This document shows, one piece after another, positions 53,612 through 63,157 of a stretch of 64,000 bases of DNA. Source of the stretch: a virus. The position numbers and the translations under genes were made by a program. Each line of letters opens with the position of its first letter. Position 1 is the stretch's first letter. The stretch lies in the IMG/VR virus record IMGVR_UViG_3300044911_002321, positions 6,388-70,387 of that record; one strand, given 5' to 3'. The notes under the pieces were generated by a model, which saw only the letters and a list, made by a program, of their open reading frames with translations, was not told the DNA's origin and did no database searches.

Positions 53612-54874
53612 TCACTTGCCAAGTTTCCGGGTCTTCGTACGGTCCTTCCGTTCCTTCCGTTTTTCTTTAGGTTCTGCCACAGGTTCAGGGTCTTGGGACA
53701 ACACCTCCTCAAAGATGCCACCAAATTGAGACGCAACTGTGTCCCATGAGAACTGCGTATCCATCACTCGTTCCCGGCAACGTGTGCCCACCCATTCACG
53801 AATACCTTTGTCTTGGTACAGATACTCCAGAATCTCAGCGAGGTGGTCAGAGGACGGGCATGGCATCTCACGTGCGTAGTTGGTATCCACATCAACGTGG
53901 TCACAACGAATCAATTCGCCATAGCCCTCAAAGATTTCTTTGCAGGACGTATGGTCGGGCACTACTTGCGGCACACCACAGGCAGCGTGTTCAAAGTTGA
54001 CAAGCCCCCAGCCCTCACCCTTACAGGTGTTGACGCCCACGTCACATGCGTTGTAGATGGTGTTAAGCATCTCCACCGATACGTTCGGCGGCCCATCCGA
54101 TTGCGTCGTCATGATGATGCGTCCGTTCGGATCAAGACCCACCCTTGACATCTCTCTGGCAAACACACCCATCAGATCCCAACCTTGGTCTTTGAGACCC
54201 ATGTGGAGGTAGAGCTGTGCTTCTGGTTTATTGACGGCAAACTTGGCAAAGGCTTTGATTGTGATGTCTTGCCGTTTGCGGAATTGATTCCTGTTCCCAT
54301 TGAACACAATGAAGATGTCTTCTTTAAGTCCAAGCTTGCGACGGCATTCATTCTTATCCATGGGATAGAACTGCCCTGGTGTCACACCATGAGGAATGAC
54401 GGCAATTGGCTTATAGATGCCGCCTTTCACAAATTCGTGTGCACCAAATTCTGTGTACGAAATAATGGCGTCCCAATCATTAGCAGTTTCATCTAGGCAA
54501 CCAATCCAGCCATACGAATCCATTGGTGCGTAACCAACGAATTTAAATTTCCCTTGCTTATGCAGGTCTTGGATCTGACGGTATTGCTCATTAATGATCC
54601 ACATATCATTGATCGTAAATACCACGTCGGGTTGTTCACGTTCAACGATCTCACGAATGCGTTGCTCACCAAAGGGTGCGGTCTGATGACGATTGGATGA
54701 CGGGTACATCTTGTACTCCTCTTGCAAAGGCGTTGGATCACCCCACCAGTTATTACCTAAGACAACGATTTCAAAGTCGTCTTTCAAACGGGAGATAACA
54801 TTCTCGGTCACACGTGAAAACCCGGTCATGGCAACGATGTCACCACACCACAAAAGTTTTGCTTTCTTAGACAT
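53612..54874 (-). CDS. Glycosyltransferase (GT4 / GT-B)
   Basis: TGFSRV, IPHGV, NRNQFRKRQD, GEGWGLVNFEHAACGVPQV. Confidence 0.9.
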   Translation of the reverse strand: MSKKAKLLWCGDIVAMTGFSRVTENVISRLKDDFEIVVLGNNWWGDPTPLQEEYKMYPSSNRHQTAPFGEQRIREIVEREQPDVVFTINDMWIINEQYRQIQDLHKQGKFKFVGYAPMDSYGWIGCLDETANDWDAIISYTEFGAHEFVKGGIYKPIAVIPHGVTPGQFYPMDKNECRRKLGLKEDIFIVFNGNRNQFRKRQDITIKAFAKFAVNKPEAQLYLHMGLKDQGWDLMGVFAREMSRVGLDPNGRIIMTTQSDGPPNVSVEMLNTIYNACDVGVNTCKGEGWGLVNFEHAACGVPQVVPDHTSCKEIFEGYGELIRCDHVDVDTNYAREMPCPSSDHLAEILEYLYQDKGIREWVGTRCRERVMDTQFSWDTVASQFGGIFEEVLSQDPEPVAEPKEKRKERKDRTKTRKLGK

Positions 54875-54894
54875 TAGATCGGAATAACTCCGAC

Positions 54895-55257
54895 CTACTC
54901 TACACAATTACTTGGTTCAATTGATCGCACAAGCTCTTTTTCTTCCGCTGTTGTTGCCTTGAGTTTTGATTTCAAAAATTCTGCAGCACGATGAGTAAGT
55001 GTCGTATCACCACAGGTGTATAAATCGACTGCTGCATAGCCTACTTCTGGCCACGTGTGGATAGATGCGTGGGATTCAGACAGTAGTGCCAACAATGTAA
55101 CGCCTTGCGGCTCGAATTTCTCACCAAAGATACGTAAGATATTTGCTCCCGCCAAAACAAGAGAAGCTTCCAGCAAACGCTGGAGCTCCTCATAGTTATC
55201 TAAAAGGTTTTGATCACAACCATAAAGGTCAAGGATCAAATGACGACCGTTGCTCAA
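54895..55257 (-). CDS. speD: S-adenosylmethionine decarboxylase proenzyme
   Basis: GRHLILDLYGC, PQGVT..LLSESHASIHTWPE, DLYTCG. Confidence 0.93.
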   Translation of the reverse strand: MSNGRHLILDLYGCDQNLLDNYEELQRLLEASLVLAGANILRIFGEKFEPQGVTLLALLSESHASIHTWPEVGYAAVDLYTCGDTTLTHRAAEFLKSKLKATTAEEKELVRSIEPSNCVE

Positions 55258-57887
55258 TGGTTTGTCGCAATGTATTCCTCCATTATCGCAGGGTTAACAC
55301 CGTACATTTCTTTGTACTTGGCAGGGTCTGCAGCTACTTCCAGGATGGAGGGGTAACACTTGTAGTCATCCCTGACACCATCACGTATCAAGATATTGTG
55401 AATTACCAGCCCATTGGTTTTTTTGGTTGCGTAGACATTTAGTTTCAGTTGGTTTTTACAGATGTCCATAAGTAGGACCTCAAAGCGAGAACGCCCCGAT
55501 ACACCAACATTGGCACTACGACAATGCTCTGCGTAAGACGGATACACCTGCGTGGTCCAGTCGACATAGTAATTGACACCCCCTGGTGAAGGTTTACACA
55601 TACCCATAGCAACTTCCGCCCCGGGCACAAAGATGACGCGTTTATCCAGCCAATCTAAAATTGGGTTGGAACGAATGGCTTGATCCTTCTCATAAGCCTG
55701 GAAGAAGTCAACGTGCTTTGATGTCTCCATCAAGTAGTCACGCATTTCCGATTCAGACATAGCCAGGATCCAGTTGACAAGTCCTGGAAGCAAGGGTGCA
55801 AAATCTCCTTCAGGAGTACCCTTACTATCGAAACCCATTAAGGTACGTTGTTGCGCTTGCCCACCAGTGAAAGGACGGTCGAACGGAATAGTGAGGCGAC
55901 GACGAGCAAGACCAGAGGTGTAGTCGGTGGATTGAATTGCTTCGTTAGCAGTAATGATGACAACACCTTGGAACTGGAAAGGCTCCAGTTGATCTGCTTG
56001 GTACTTGAACTCAGAACGAATCCAGTCACCACCAGTGATGGCTTTTAGTTTTGAAACACTGCCACCATAACGGTCAGAGTCTTGGAACAGAATGATTTTC
56101 TTACCCATGAAACTTGCAGTTTCAAATCGGTTTTTCTCAATCTGTTCTAGCTCTGTGGAGCAGACGTTACGTTTACCTACCAATGCAACACATAGGTTTG
56201 CGTAGGTGGACTTACCAGATTTACCAGGACCAACCAACTCAAGAAACTTCTGGAGTTCGTGGCGACCAAGAAGAGTTGCTCGCAGCCATGCACGAAGAAC
56301 TTGCGTACGTTTTTCAGAACCATGCTGCGTGTAACGAAGCCAATCAATGATCGGTTCGCAGGTTGCTTGAGGGTTATAGGCATATGGCATTTGCTGCGTC
56401 ATATGCAAATTACGGTCAAATGGCCGGAGTTCCTTTGTTGCAACGTCAAGAACACCGTTGGTAAATAGAAGGACATCCGTTGCCTCGTGCCATTTATCGC
56501 ACGGGACCATTGCTTGCAGTTGCTTGAACATATCATCAAGCATTTGAAAGCTAAACCCTTCGCGTAACCAACCACTAGTAATGAGAGCTTGTAGCTTGGA
56601 ACGGATATCACCAAGCATTTCAATCTTGCTTACCTTGTTCCATAAACCCTGACTAGGGTCATACATAAAGAATTGATTGTGCGGAAGACTAAAGAGCAGA
56701 TTGTTTGCATAGATTCCAAGTAGTTTGTCCGCAACTTCATTCTTAGGTTGCCTGAGTTCCTTCTCTTTATTTTTCTTGGTGCTTTTAGGTTGTACATCAT
56801 CGCCATAGTCTTCGATGTTCATTAGAGTTGTGTCGGTTGGAGTTGCAGTGTTGAGAAGGCGATTCATTTCTTCTTCCACATTTCTTTCGATTTCGGGAAG
56901 AATGCTTGCCGCCAGATTAATCGTAGCATCGTCAGGGGAGGAAACCTTGTCTTCCTGCGGACGTTTCCATCCATTCTGCTCAGCCAGATGGTAAAGCGTA
57001 CCAATGCCCCGGCCACCACCTTTTGTAAAGGATAACCAACGCTTATGGCATTCGTTCTCTTTGTATTTGTCACTTTGTTTGGACCATTCATCCCATTGAT
57101 CAAGCAGGGATTCATCCAATTCATGGAGCGACTGTCCGATCGCAATCCAGATGTCATAGTCATCGACTGCCTCAATGGGGAGTGCCCACATCGCAGCAAC
57201 TGCCAATTGCATATCCCGTTCCAATCCAATGCGACTGGTGATTGCGAACGAGTTACCGATGATGCGTGAGACTTCTTCAGCAGGACGCCCTTGTTTTGCA
57301 TTCCTGGTAATGATGCCATTCAATACCCAATCCGGAAGTTCAGGCAATTTGTCTGCCCATTCAAATCCCAAACCTTCGGCAGTGAAGTAACCTTGCGTAT
57401 CTGGATGTGCACCCATCAATACGCCTTGGTGCCGCTTCCACAAGATTTCAAGTTTTTCCATGGACCCCTGCGAGGTCCATGTGTATTTGTTACGAATGAA
57501 ATGCTTTTGTTTTTCTTTACTTACTTTGTAGAGGCGACGCTCTCGGCCTGCTTTGCCACTGAGGATGGTAAGGGTGGGAGGCAACGCATCGAGTATGGGG
57601 AGGTTTGAGATTTGTTCGATGAGCTCATAGACGGATGGTCCGTCAACATCAACCCAAACGAGACCATAAGGATGGTTGTAGGCAGGACCACCAAGTAATC
57701 CGATAGCTTTACATTCCCCGTTGATAATTTCATTTTCAATTTCTTCTTTAGTAAACGGTTTGTTCTGCCATCCCATGATGTAGGGATCTTTGTTGGGACC
57801 CAGTGGGGTCAAGGGCCAGTCAATGGGAATGAGATCGAGCCGAATTTCGCCCGGTTTTACTGCCTGCTGGTTCATACTCGGCGTCAT
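55254..57887 (-). CDS. Bifunctional Prim-Pol / PriCT-2 / D5-like SF3 helicase
   Basis: VWVDVDG primase motif, YDIWIAIGQSL..W.EWS (PriCT-2), FTNGVLD, GPGKSGKST, ITAN, RRRL.IPF. Confidence 0.9.
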   Translation of the reverse strand: MTPSMNQQAVKPGEIRLDLIPIDWPLTPLGPNKDPYIMGWQNKPFTKEEIENEIINGECKAIGLLGGPAYNHPYGLVWVDVDGPSVYELIEQISNLPILDALPPTLTILSGKAGRERRLYKVSKEKQKHFIRNKYTWTSQGSMEKLEILWKRHQGVLMGAHPDTQGYFTAEGLGFEWADKLPELPDWVLNGIITRNAKQGRPAEEVSRIIGNSFAITSRIGLERDMQLAVAAMWALPIEAVDDYDIWIAIGQSLHELDESLLDQWDEWSKQSDKYKENECHKRWLSFTKGGGRGIGTLYHLAEQNGWKRPQEDKVSSPDDATINLAASILPEIERNVEEEMNRLLNTATPTDTTLMNIEDYGDDVQPKSTKKNKEKELRQPKNEVADKLLGIYANNLLFSLPHNQFFMYDPSQGLWNKVSKIEMLGDIRSKLQALITSGWLREGFSFQMLDDMFKQLQAMVPCDKWHEATDVLLFTNGVLDVATKELRPFDRNLHMTQQMPYAYNPQATCEPIIDWLRYTQHGSEKRTQVLRAWLRATLLGRHELQKFLELVGPGKSGKSTYANLCVALVGKRNVCSTELEQIEKNRFETASFMGKKIILFQDSDRYGGSVSKLKAITGGDWIRSEFKYQADQLEPFQFQGVVIITANEAIQSTDYTSGLARRRLTIPFDRPFTGGQAQQRTLMGFDSKGTPEGDFAPLLPGLVNWILAMSESEMRDYLMETSKHVDFFQAYEKDQAIRSNPILDWLDKRVIFVPGAEVAMGMCKPSPGGVNYYVDWTTQVYPSYAEHCRSANVGVSGRSRFEVLLMDICKNQLKLNVYATKKTNGLVIHNILIRDGVRDDYKCYPSILEVAADPAKYKEMYGVNPAIMEEYIATNH

Positions 57888-58068
57888 TTCGTTGGGTAGG
57901 AAGAGAGATTCTAAAGCTGCGATCGGGATATTGATCGTCTTTTACCAAGTTGTAAGCATGTAAATGCATAGGCGTTGGAAGACAAAACAAATCCCCATCC
58001 GCCGCATTGGCCATGCGGCTAACAAGGGTATGCATCCATTCGCCCACGCCGATGACGTGGGTGCTCAT
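57820..58068 (-). CDS. Hypothetical protein
   Basis: 82 aa; TAGGAT -10-like element upstream. Confidence 0.55.
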   Translation of the reverse strand: MSTHVIGVGEWMHTLVSRMANAADGDLFCLPTPMHLHAYNLVKDDQYPDRSFRISLPTQRNDAEYEPAGSKTGRNSARSHSH

Positions 58069-58134
58069 GTGTTTTTGGCTTGTCTTTTCATCCTACGGCC
58101 ACCAACCCAGGACGTCTCCTAAGATATCGTTAAA

Positions 58135-58320
58135 TCACTGAGACTTATTAGACTCAGCTTGTTTGTATTTATTTCTCTTATCCATCCCATTAAATTCATC
58201 CATAAGTCTGTTATAAATTGTTACAGCATCTTCTTTTGTAACAACGGCCCGCTCGCAGGCAATCGTCCATGCCAACCGCTTCCGACACTCCATCTTCCCT
58301 TGGGGGTTGTATCGCGTCAT
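58135..58320 (-). CDS. Hypothetical protein
   Basis: 61 aa coupled ORF. Confidence 0.55.
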   Translation of the reverse strand: MTRYNPQGKMECRKRLAWTIACERAVVTKEDAVTIYNRLMDEFNGMDKRNKYKQAESNKSQ

Positions 58321-58772
58321 TCTACCAAGTTTTTTTCCACCACTTGACGATGGCTTTTAGCATACCCCCAATCGGTTGACTGATCATTTAAATACTTAAT
58401 TAATCCTTCTAGTTTTTTTATGTCATCTTGCACATGACCCAATGCAAGATTGCATGAATGGCATAATAAACCTCTTATTTTTCCCGTTGCATGACAGTGA
58501 TCAATATAAAATCGTTTACGACCAGGCGCACCTGGCTCTTTGGTTTTGCAACCGGGGTTTGCACAACATTCATTTTGAGCCTCAAAAATTTTTTTATATT
58601 CTCTGTATGAAACTCCAAATTTTCTTTCTACGCGTAATTCATTTTGACAGTCACGACAATAAGTGGAGCGGCTTTGTTCTCCATTTTTCTTGATGTAGCC
58701 AGAAAAGCCAAAGCTTTCAAAGGTCTTTTCTTCTTTGCAACGGATGCAAAGTTTAGATAAGATCCGAGTCAT
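58317..58772 (-). CDS. Endonuclease VII-like homing endonuclease
   Basis: CIRCK..K, Q...C...C, IDHCHATGKIRGLLCHSCNLALG. Confidence 0.9.
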   Translation of the reverse strand: MTRILSKLCIRCKEEKTFESFGFSGYIKKNGEQSRSTYCRDCQNELRVERKFGVSYREYKKIFEAQNECCANPGCKTKEPGAPGRKRFYIDHCHATGKIRGLLCHSCNLALGHVQDDIKKLEGLIKYLNDQSTDWGYAKSHRQVVEKNLVE

Positions 58773-59607
58773 AAACACCACAGTTTTCGATTTGAGTGTA
58801 GTACTCGGCTACTAAAGAATACCAATCTTCTCTTAATGAATCTAAAAACCTGCGGGAGATCTTGAATACCTGGGTGCGAATAGGAGTTGATACCAAGATT
58901 GCCGCTTGTTGTACGGTCATGCCAAGAGTTTGTTCGATAGCAATGTCATAGGCAGCGAGTTGCTTACAGGTCTTTTTAAACTTAAGATGACCACCAAGCA
59001 GGTCTCTCCATTCTTGGGACCCTTTCTCCAAATCTTTCGGCCACTTACGACTATAGGGTTTGACGCTGGTCTTTAGGTCAGCAAGAGTAAGCTTACCGTT
59101 AGCCACAGCAATGATGTCAGGAGCACCAGCCCAGGCACGTCCCTCGTCATCGCAACCCCACACACGAGCCACGTCATCAGACCCGATAGTAAAATTAAAC
59201 TTGTCAAGTACCGGCGATTCCGCCCAAAGGACCTCCTGGAACTGGTCCAATATCGATGGCATTCCCGACCAAAAATCGGAATACTCTTCAGGAATGTCCG
59301 GAGTTTTATTCCCTTTGAGGTATTGTTCCATGCCATAGTGGATAGCGGTTCCTCGTTCGGCGGCAGCTTCCTTGACACCGGGATTTGCTTTCGACCACAT
59401 TTCAAGCTTCCGTTTGTTTGCTTCGGAAGCGGTCTCGCCAATGATAGTGGTTACGGAGGGCGCAGGACCAGTGGGTAACGGCGTTGTATAGTGACGTCGA
59501 CCGTTAAGAGAAATTCTGGCTGCGGTCCTATTCAACGACCGCATGACTTCTGGTTGCTCGTCCTTGGCTTTAATCCAAGGGTCTGACGTATTTAGTCTAG
59601 CAACCAT
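58753..59607 (-). CDS. PD-(D/E)XK exonuclease
   Basis: PSVTTII, RGTAIH, AG.PD......LADLKTS, QLAAY. Confidence 0.85.
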   Translation of the reverse strand: MVARLNTSDPWIKAKDEQPEVMRSLNRTAARISLNGRRHYTTPLPTGPAPSVTTIIGETASEANKRKLEMWSKANPGVKEAAAERGTAIHYGMEQYLKGNKTPDIPEEYSDFWSGMPSILDQFQEVLWAESPVLDKFNFTIGSDDVARVWGCDDEGRAWAGAPDIIAVANGKLTLADLKTSVKPYSRKWPKDLEKGSQEWRDLLGGHLKFKKTCKQLAAYDIAIEQTLGMTVQQAAILVSTPIRTQVFKISRRFLDSLREDWYSLVAEYYTQIENCGVYDSDLI

Positions 59608-59640
59608 TGATGGTTTTGTGTATTACCATTAGTCTAACAG

Positions 59641-59763
59641 ATGAAGGAACCTACTGCCATGGACGGATTCAACTACGCAATTGCTTCAATCCTTGGGGCT
59701 ATGTTTGTAGTCATTAGCATGGATGCTTACCTGTTTTTCATGGAGGTTGCATCCCGCCAATGA
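59641..59763 (+). CDS. 40-aa membrane peptide
   Basis: Hand translation; hydrophobic; coupled to the next ORF. Confidence 0.45.
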   Translation: MKEPTAMDGFNYAIASILGAMFVVISMDAYLFFMEVASRQ

Positions 59764-60032
59764 ACAAGTTTTTACTTGGTGTTCAGGGGTACTACTCTTG
59801 TTTTGGCTGGCTTGTGCCAGCAATTTGGAAATGGTTGTTGCAATTTTTAACTAAGTTTTGTTTTTGGAAAATGACTGCAAATTTAACTCGGTTCTATTTT
59901 GACTTTGACGACGAGTGCCGCACTGGTTGCTTTGTCAACCTGGCGTACAAGGACGTGGAGACCATTGAGGCTGACGAGTACGAAAGGGAGCTACAATCAC
60001 AGGACGTACCATACACACGCGTAGACCTGTGA
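59760..60032 (+). CDS. Hypothetical protein (start uncertain)
   Basis: 90 aa ORF. Confidence 0.55.
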   Translation: MNKFLLGVQGYYSCFGWLVPAIWKWLLQFLTKFCFWKMTANLTRFYFDFDDECRTGCFVNLAYKDVETIEADEYERELQSQDVPYTRVDL

Positions 60033-60616
60033 CCAAGAAACGTACCTGGGATACTTACTTTGCTCCTCTTAAGGCACAGCTAGGTGCTCGTAAAGAAACT
60101 TTTGAAAAAATTTTTGCACACCTTGACTCGTGTGACGAGCCAATCATTGTTGAGACTGGTACGTACCGAGAGGAAAACAACTACACAGGCGATGGCTGCT
60201 CAACTTTGTTGTTTGATAACTACATTGACATCCGTGGGAAAGGTCAACTGATTTCAATTGACATTGACCCAAAGGCTTGTGAGCTAGCACGTACATCTAC
60301 CAAGCATGCCGAGGTGATTGAATCGGATTCAGTTGAAGCATTGGATACGATGCATGGCCACGTCTCTTTGCTGTACTTGGACTCGTACAACATCACGGAT
60401 TGGAATCATGATTGGGCACCTGCTTCCCATCACTTGAAGGAATTGTTTGCGGCGTCTGGCCTCCTGGGACCTAACACGTTGATTGTGGTGGATGACAACA
60501 TCAAAGCACCTGACGGTCGCCGTCATGGCAAGGGACGCCTTGTGTACGAGCTGATGGAATCCCTGGGGGTAGAACCGTACTTTGACTCCTATCAGATTGG
60601 TTGGATCTGGTGTTAA
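60029..60616 (+). CDS. Class I SAM-dependent methyltransferase
   Basis: IVETGT...GCST, SIDID, DSV, LLYLDS, IVVDD. Confidence 0.8.
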   Translation: MTKKRTWDTYFAPLKAQLGARKETFEKIFAHLDSCDEPIIVETGTYREENNYTGDGCSTLLFDNYIDIRGKGQLISIDIDPKACELARTSTKHAEVIESDSVEALDTMHGHVSLLYLDSYNITDWNHDWAPASHHLKELFAASGLLGPNTLIVVDDNIKAPDGRRHGKGRLVYELMESLGVEPYFDSYQIGWIWC

Positions 60617-60641
60617 TCTAGTTGTACTACCAAGAAAAGTA

Positions 60642-60851
60642 ATGGCTCTTTCTAATCAAGTTAAAGGATCCTTGGATGAAGCAGGTCGTCATCTGCGCGA
60701 TGCACTTGCTTTTGCAGCACGCACTGAGCATCCCGTCACCATCAATGCAATTACGGAGTTGATGTGCCGTCTTGACTCACTGGAAAAAATTGACATGATC
60801 ATTGAGAAGTTTGATACCAACCATGAAGTGCCACATTCCTTCCGAGGCTGA
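60642..60851 (+). CDS. Conserved cyanophage-type hypothetical protein
   Basis: MALS.QV..SL.EA...LR.ALAFAAR.E motif. Confidence 0.7.
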   Translation: MALSNQVKGSLDEAGRHLRDALAFAARTEHPVTINAITELMCRLDSLEKIDMIIEKFDTNHEVPHSFRG

Positions 60852-60979
60852 ACGCCTCGAAAAATACTTTACAAGATTAACGAAAGAATTTCCTTACATC
60901 AAAAGTAAGGAGATAGAAGAAGCAATAACGCGTCCATGTAAGTGGGCTAAAATATTAGAAGAAAAAGTTACGAATCCTG

Positions 60980-61075
60980 ATGTCTCAGGAGAATAAATAT
61001 ACAAAGCCTGAGTTACGCGAACGTATTAGAGATCGCGTGATGGCAGGATCTAAAGGTGGAAAGCCTGGGCAGTAA
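60980..61075 (+). pseudogene. Truncated 5' copy of a DUF5872-like gene (31 aa)
   Basis: MSQENKYTKPELRERIRDRVMAGSKGGKPGQ-stop, paralogous to 61712-61816. Confidence 0.75.
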
Positions 61076-61110
61076 CTCTGTGCTATTGTAAGAAAAGCAC
61101 AAACAACCCA

Positions 61111-61719
61111 ATGCAAAAACTTTGTCGTGAGTGCGGCGTCAGAAAGCCGCATGTAAATTTTGGCAACAAAGGGCAGACAACAGCGGGTAATACAAAAAGA
61201 GATAGTGTCTGCAAAGATTGCAGGTCAATAGTAAACCGTCGATTTGAAATTCTATACGGCGCTGACGGGTTAAAACAATGTTCTAAATGTGCACACTATT
61301 TAGATTGGGATTCTTTTAGAAGGAGAAAACAAGATGGTAAATTGTATTTACACTCTTCATGTAAAACATGTAACAAAATTCAATGGGATAAATGGGTAGA
61401 AAATAATAAAGAACACTATCAAGAAATAAAAAAGAAAGGACAAGATTTACTACATCAAAATCACAAAAAATATGAAAGGCGAGGCATTACAAAACAAGAA
61501 TATGAAATTGTTTTTGAAGCACAAAAAGGCTTATGTGCCATTTGTAAACAACCTTCTAAAGACGGCCATTCATTAGCAATGGACCATAACCACAAAACAA
61601 ATGAATTTAGAGGTTTGCTTTGCAAAGAATGTAATAGGGCTCTAGGCTTGTTCGGTGATAATATAGATGTATTGACAAACGCAGTTCTTTATCTCAAAGA
61701 GCGAGGAAGCTATGGCTGA
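61111..61719 (+). CDS. Endonuclease VII-like homing endonuclease
   Basis: CRECG, CSKC, Q.GLCAIC, MDHNHKTNEFRGLLCKECNRALG. Confidence 0.9.
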   Translation: MQKLCRECGVRKPHVNFGNKGQTTAGNTKRDSVCKDCRSIVNRRFEILYGADGLKQCSKCAHYLDWDSFRRRKQDGKLYLHSSCKTCNKIQWDKWVENNKEHYQEIKKKGQDLLHQNHKKYERRGITKQEYEIVFEAQKGLCAICKQPSKDGHSLAMDHNHKTNEFRGLLCKECNRALGLFGDNIDVLTNAVLYLKERGSYG

Positions 61720-62020
61720 AGACAAAAGCAAGTACACCAAACCCGATCTTCGCGAGCGCATTAAAAATCGTGTAATGCGTGAAGGCCGTGGTGGTAAACC
61801 AGGGGAATGGTCGTAGCCGTGAGGCTAATTAATTTCGGCACGCAAGGCTCAACTTGTTGCTAGTGAGTACAAAGAAGCTGGTGGTGGGTACAAAGGAGGC
61901 AAGGGTGAAAAGCAAAAAGATTTGGAGAAGTGGGGCAAGGAGAAGTGGATGACCAAAGACGAGTATGAGAAACGTGGCAAGGCTAAGTCTGCTGCAAAGA
62001 AGTACAAGGAGAGCAAGTAA
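61712..62020 (+). CDS. DUF5872-like basic protein interrupted by a 24-nt in-frame non-coding gap (94 aa if bypassed)
   Basis: KYTKPDLRERIK...GGKPGEWS [gap] ARKAQLVASEYKEAGGGYKG...KWGKEKW. Confidence 0.75.
61811..61837 (+). other. Candidate programmed translational bypassing element
   Basis: TCG take-off, TAG stop, TAGCC-GTGA-GGCTA hairpin, matching in-frame TCG landing codon 24 nt downstream. Confidence 0.65.
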
Positions 62021-62925
62021 TGGAATTATTCCAGAAGTTTTTAAATCGTGTAAGCCGTGGCTACGGTCAAGTAGATAAAAATGTGTTTGGCGGATTACTC
62101 CCGGGGGGAGCAGCATCAGTGGTAAGTCCTGTAAAGCAAAAAGCACAATCAACAGCAGTTAATACAGGAAAAGTTTTAGCTGGCGCAGCAATGAACCAGC
62201 TTCCAGATCGTGCAAATTTATTTGCCCGTTATGTTACGGGTGTTGGGAATACCAATCTTCAACTTGATCCATCAACAGTAATGGACTTAAGAGCAGCAGC
62301 TACTAAACCACCCTTGGCAACAGGAATGGTAGCTAATCCATTTAAAGTACCAGAAGAAGTCTTGGTAGGCATGAAACAACAGTTAACTCAAAGTCATCCT
62401 GATACCGTTAATTCTCCCCTCGGAAAATTAATTACAGAAACAATTACTAGAGGAGAAAAAAATAAAGATTTACCTGATTTTGTGCGCGGACCAGTTCCTG
62501 CATATGGACCAGGTCTTGTTTCTTCTGGTCCTGTAGTTCCTTATGGTAGACCAGACGTTGGAACAAGTGTTACCAATACATTAGGTTCTTATAACGTTCA
62601 TGTAAATCCGGGACAATCAATTACGTTTAAAGATACTTATGACATGACAAATCCAGATGAAGATCCAGATCTTATTTCAGGAAAGTTTCAACCACTTAAA
62701 GCAATAGGAGAAATTCAAAGTATCTGGGATCCTTCCAAAGGATATTTAGGTCAAAAAAGATTCGGCGGTCCTTTTTCACCACCCCAGCCTGAAAAAAAAT
62801 ATGGTGAAATGCCTGAAACTAAATCGCAAGTCGCAAGTCCAGCTACTGCGCTAGGTCGTGCACTTCTTTATGCATTGCCCGTAAAACCTCAACCATATGA
62901 TGTTAATGTAACTGTTCCTTATTAA
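62020..62925 (+). CDS. Hypothetical protein
   Basis: 301 aa ORF overlapping the previous stop (TAATG). Confidence 0.75.
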   Translation: MELFQKFLNRVSRGYGQVDKNVFGGLLPGGAASVVSPVKQKAQSTAVNTGKVLAGAAMNQLPDRANLFARYVTGVGNTNLQLDPSTVMDLRAAATKPPLATGMVANPFKVPEEVLVGMKQQLTQSHPDTVNSPLGKLITETITRGEKNKDLPDFVRGPVPAYGPGLVSSGPVVPYGRPDVGTSVTNTLGSYNVHVNPGQSITFKDTYDMTNPDEDPDLISGKFQPLKAIGEIQSIWDPSKGYLGQKRFGGPFSPPQPEKKYGEMPETKSQVASPATALGRALLYALPVKPQPYDVNVTVPY

Positions 62926-62926
62926 T

Positions 62927-63127
62927 ATGGCAGACAAGGCAATTCAGAAAGGCTACACCAAGCGTTACCTTCCAGAGAGTGCATGGGCTGCACTGTCTAA
63001 AGAAGAACGTGCGGAGACAGACCAAAAGAAAAGAGCTGGTAGTAGAGAAGGTAAACAATTTGTAGGTAACACTGAACGTGCCAAGAAAGCCGGACGTGCA
63101 GCTCGTCGTTACAAAGAAGGTAAGTAA
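62927..63127 (+). CDS. Small basic protein resembling the C-terminal part of DUF5872-like proteins
   Basis: RYLPESAWAALS.EE...T..KKR.G...GKQFV. Confidence 0.65.
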   Translation: MADKAIQKGYTKRYLPESAWAALSKEERAETDQKKRAGSREGKQFVGNTERAKKAGRAARRYKEGK

Positions 63128-63157
63128 CTTTATAATCAAAAGAGTTACTTAACAATC

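Noticed and set aside
61814-61837. Stop-codon reassignment or intron as explanation of the gap
   Set aside because: All three stop types occur in the gap and all are used as normal stops elsewhere; 24 nt is far too short for a self-splicing intron.
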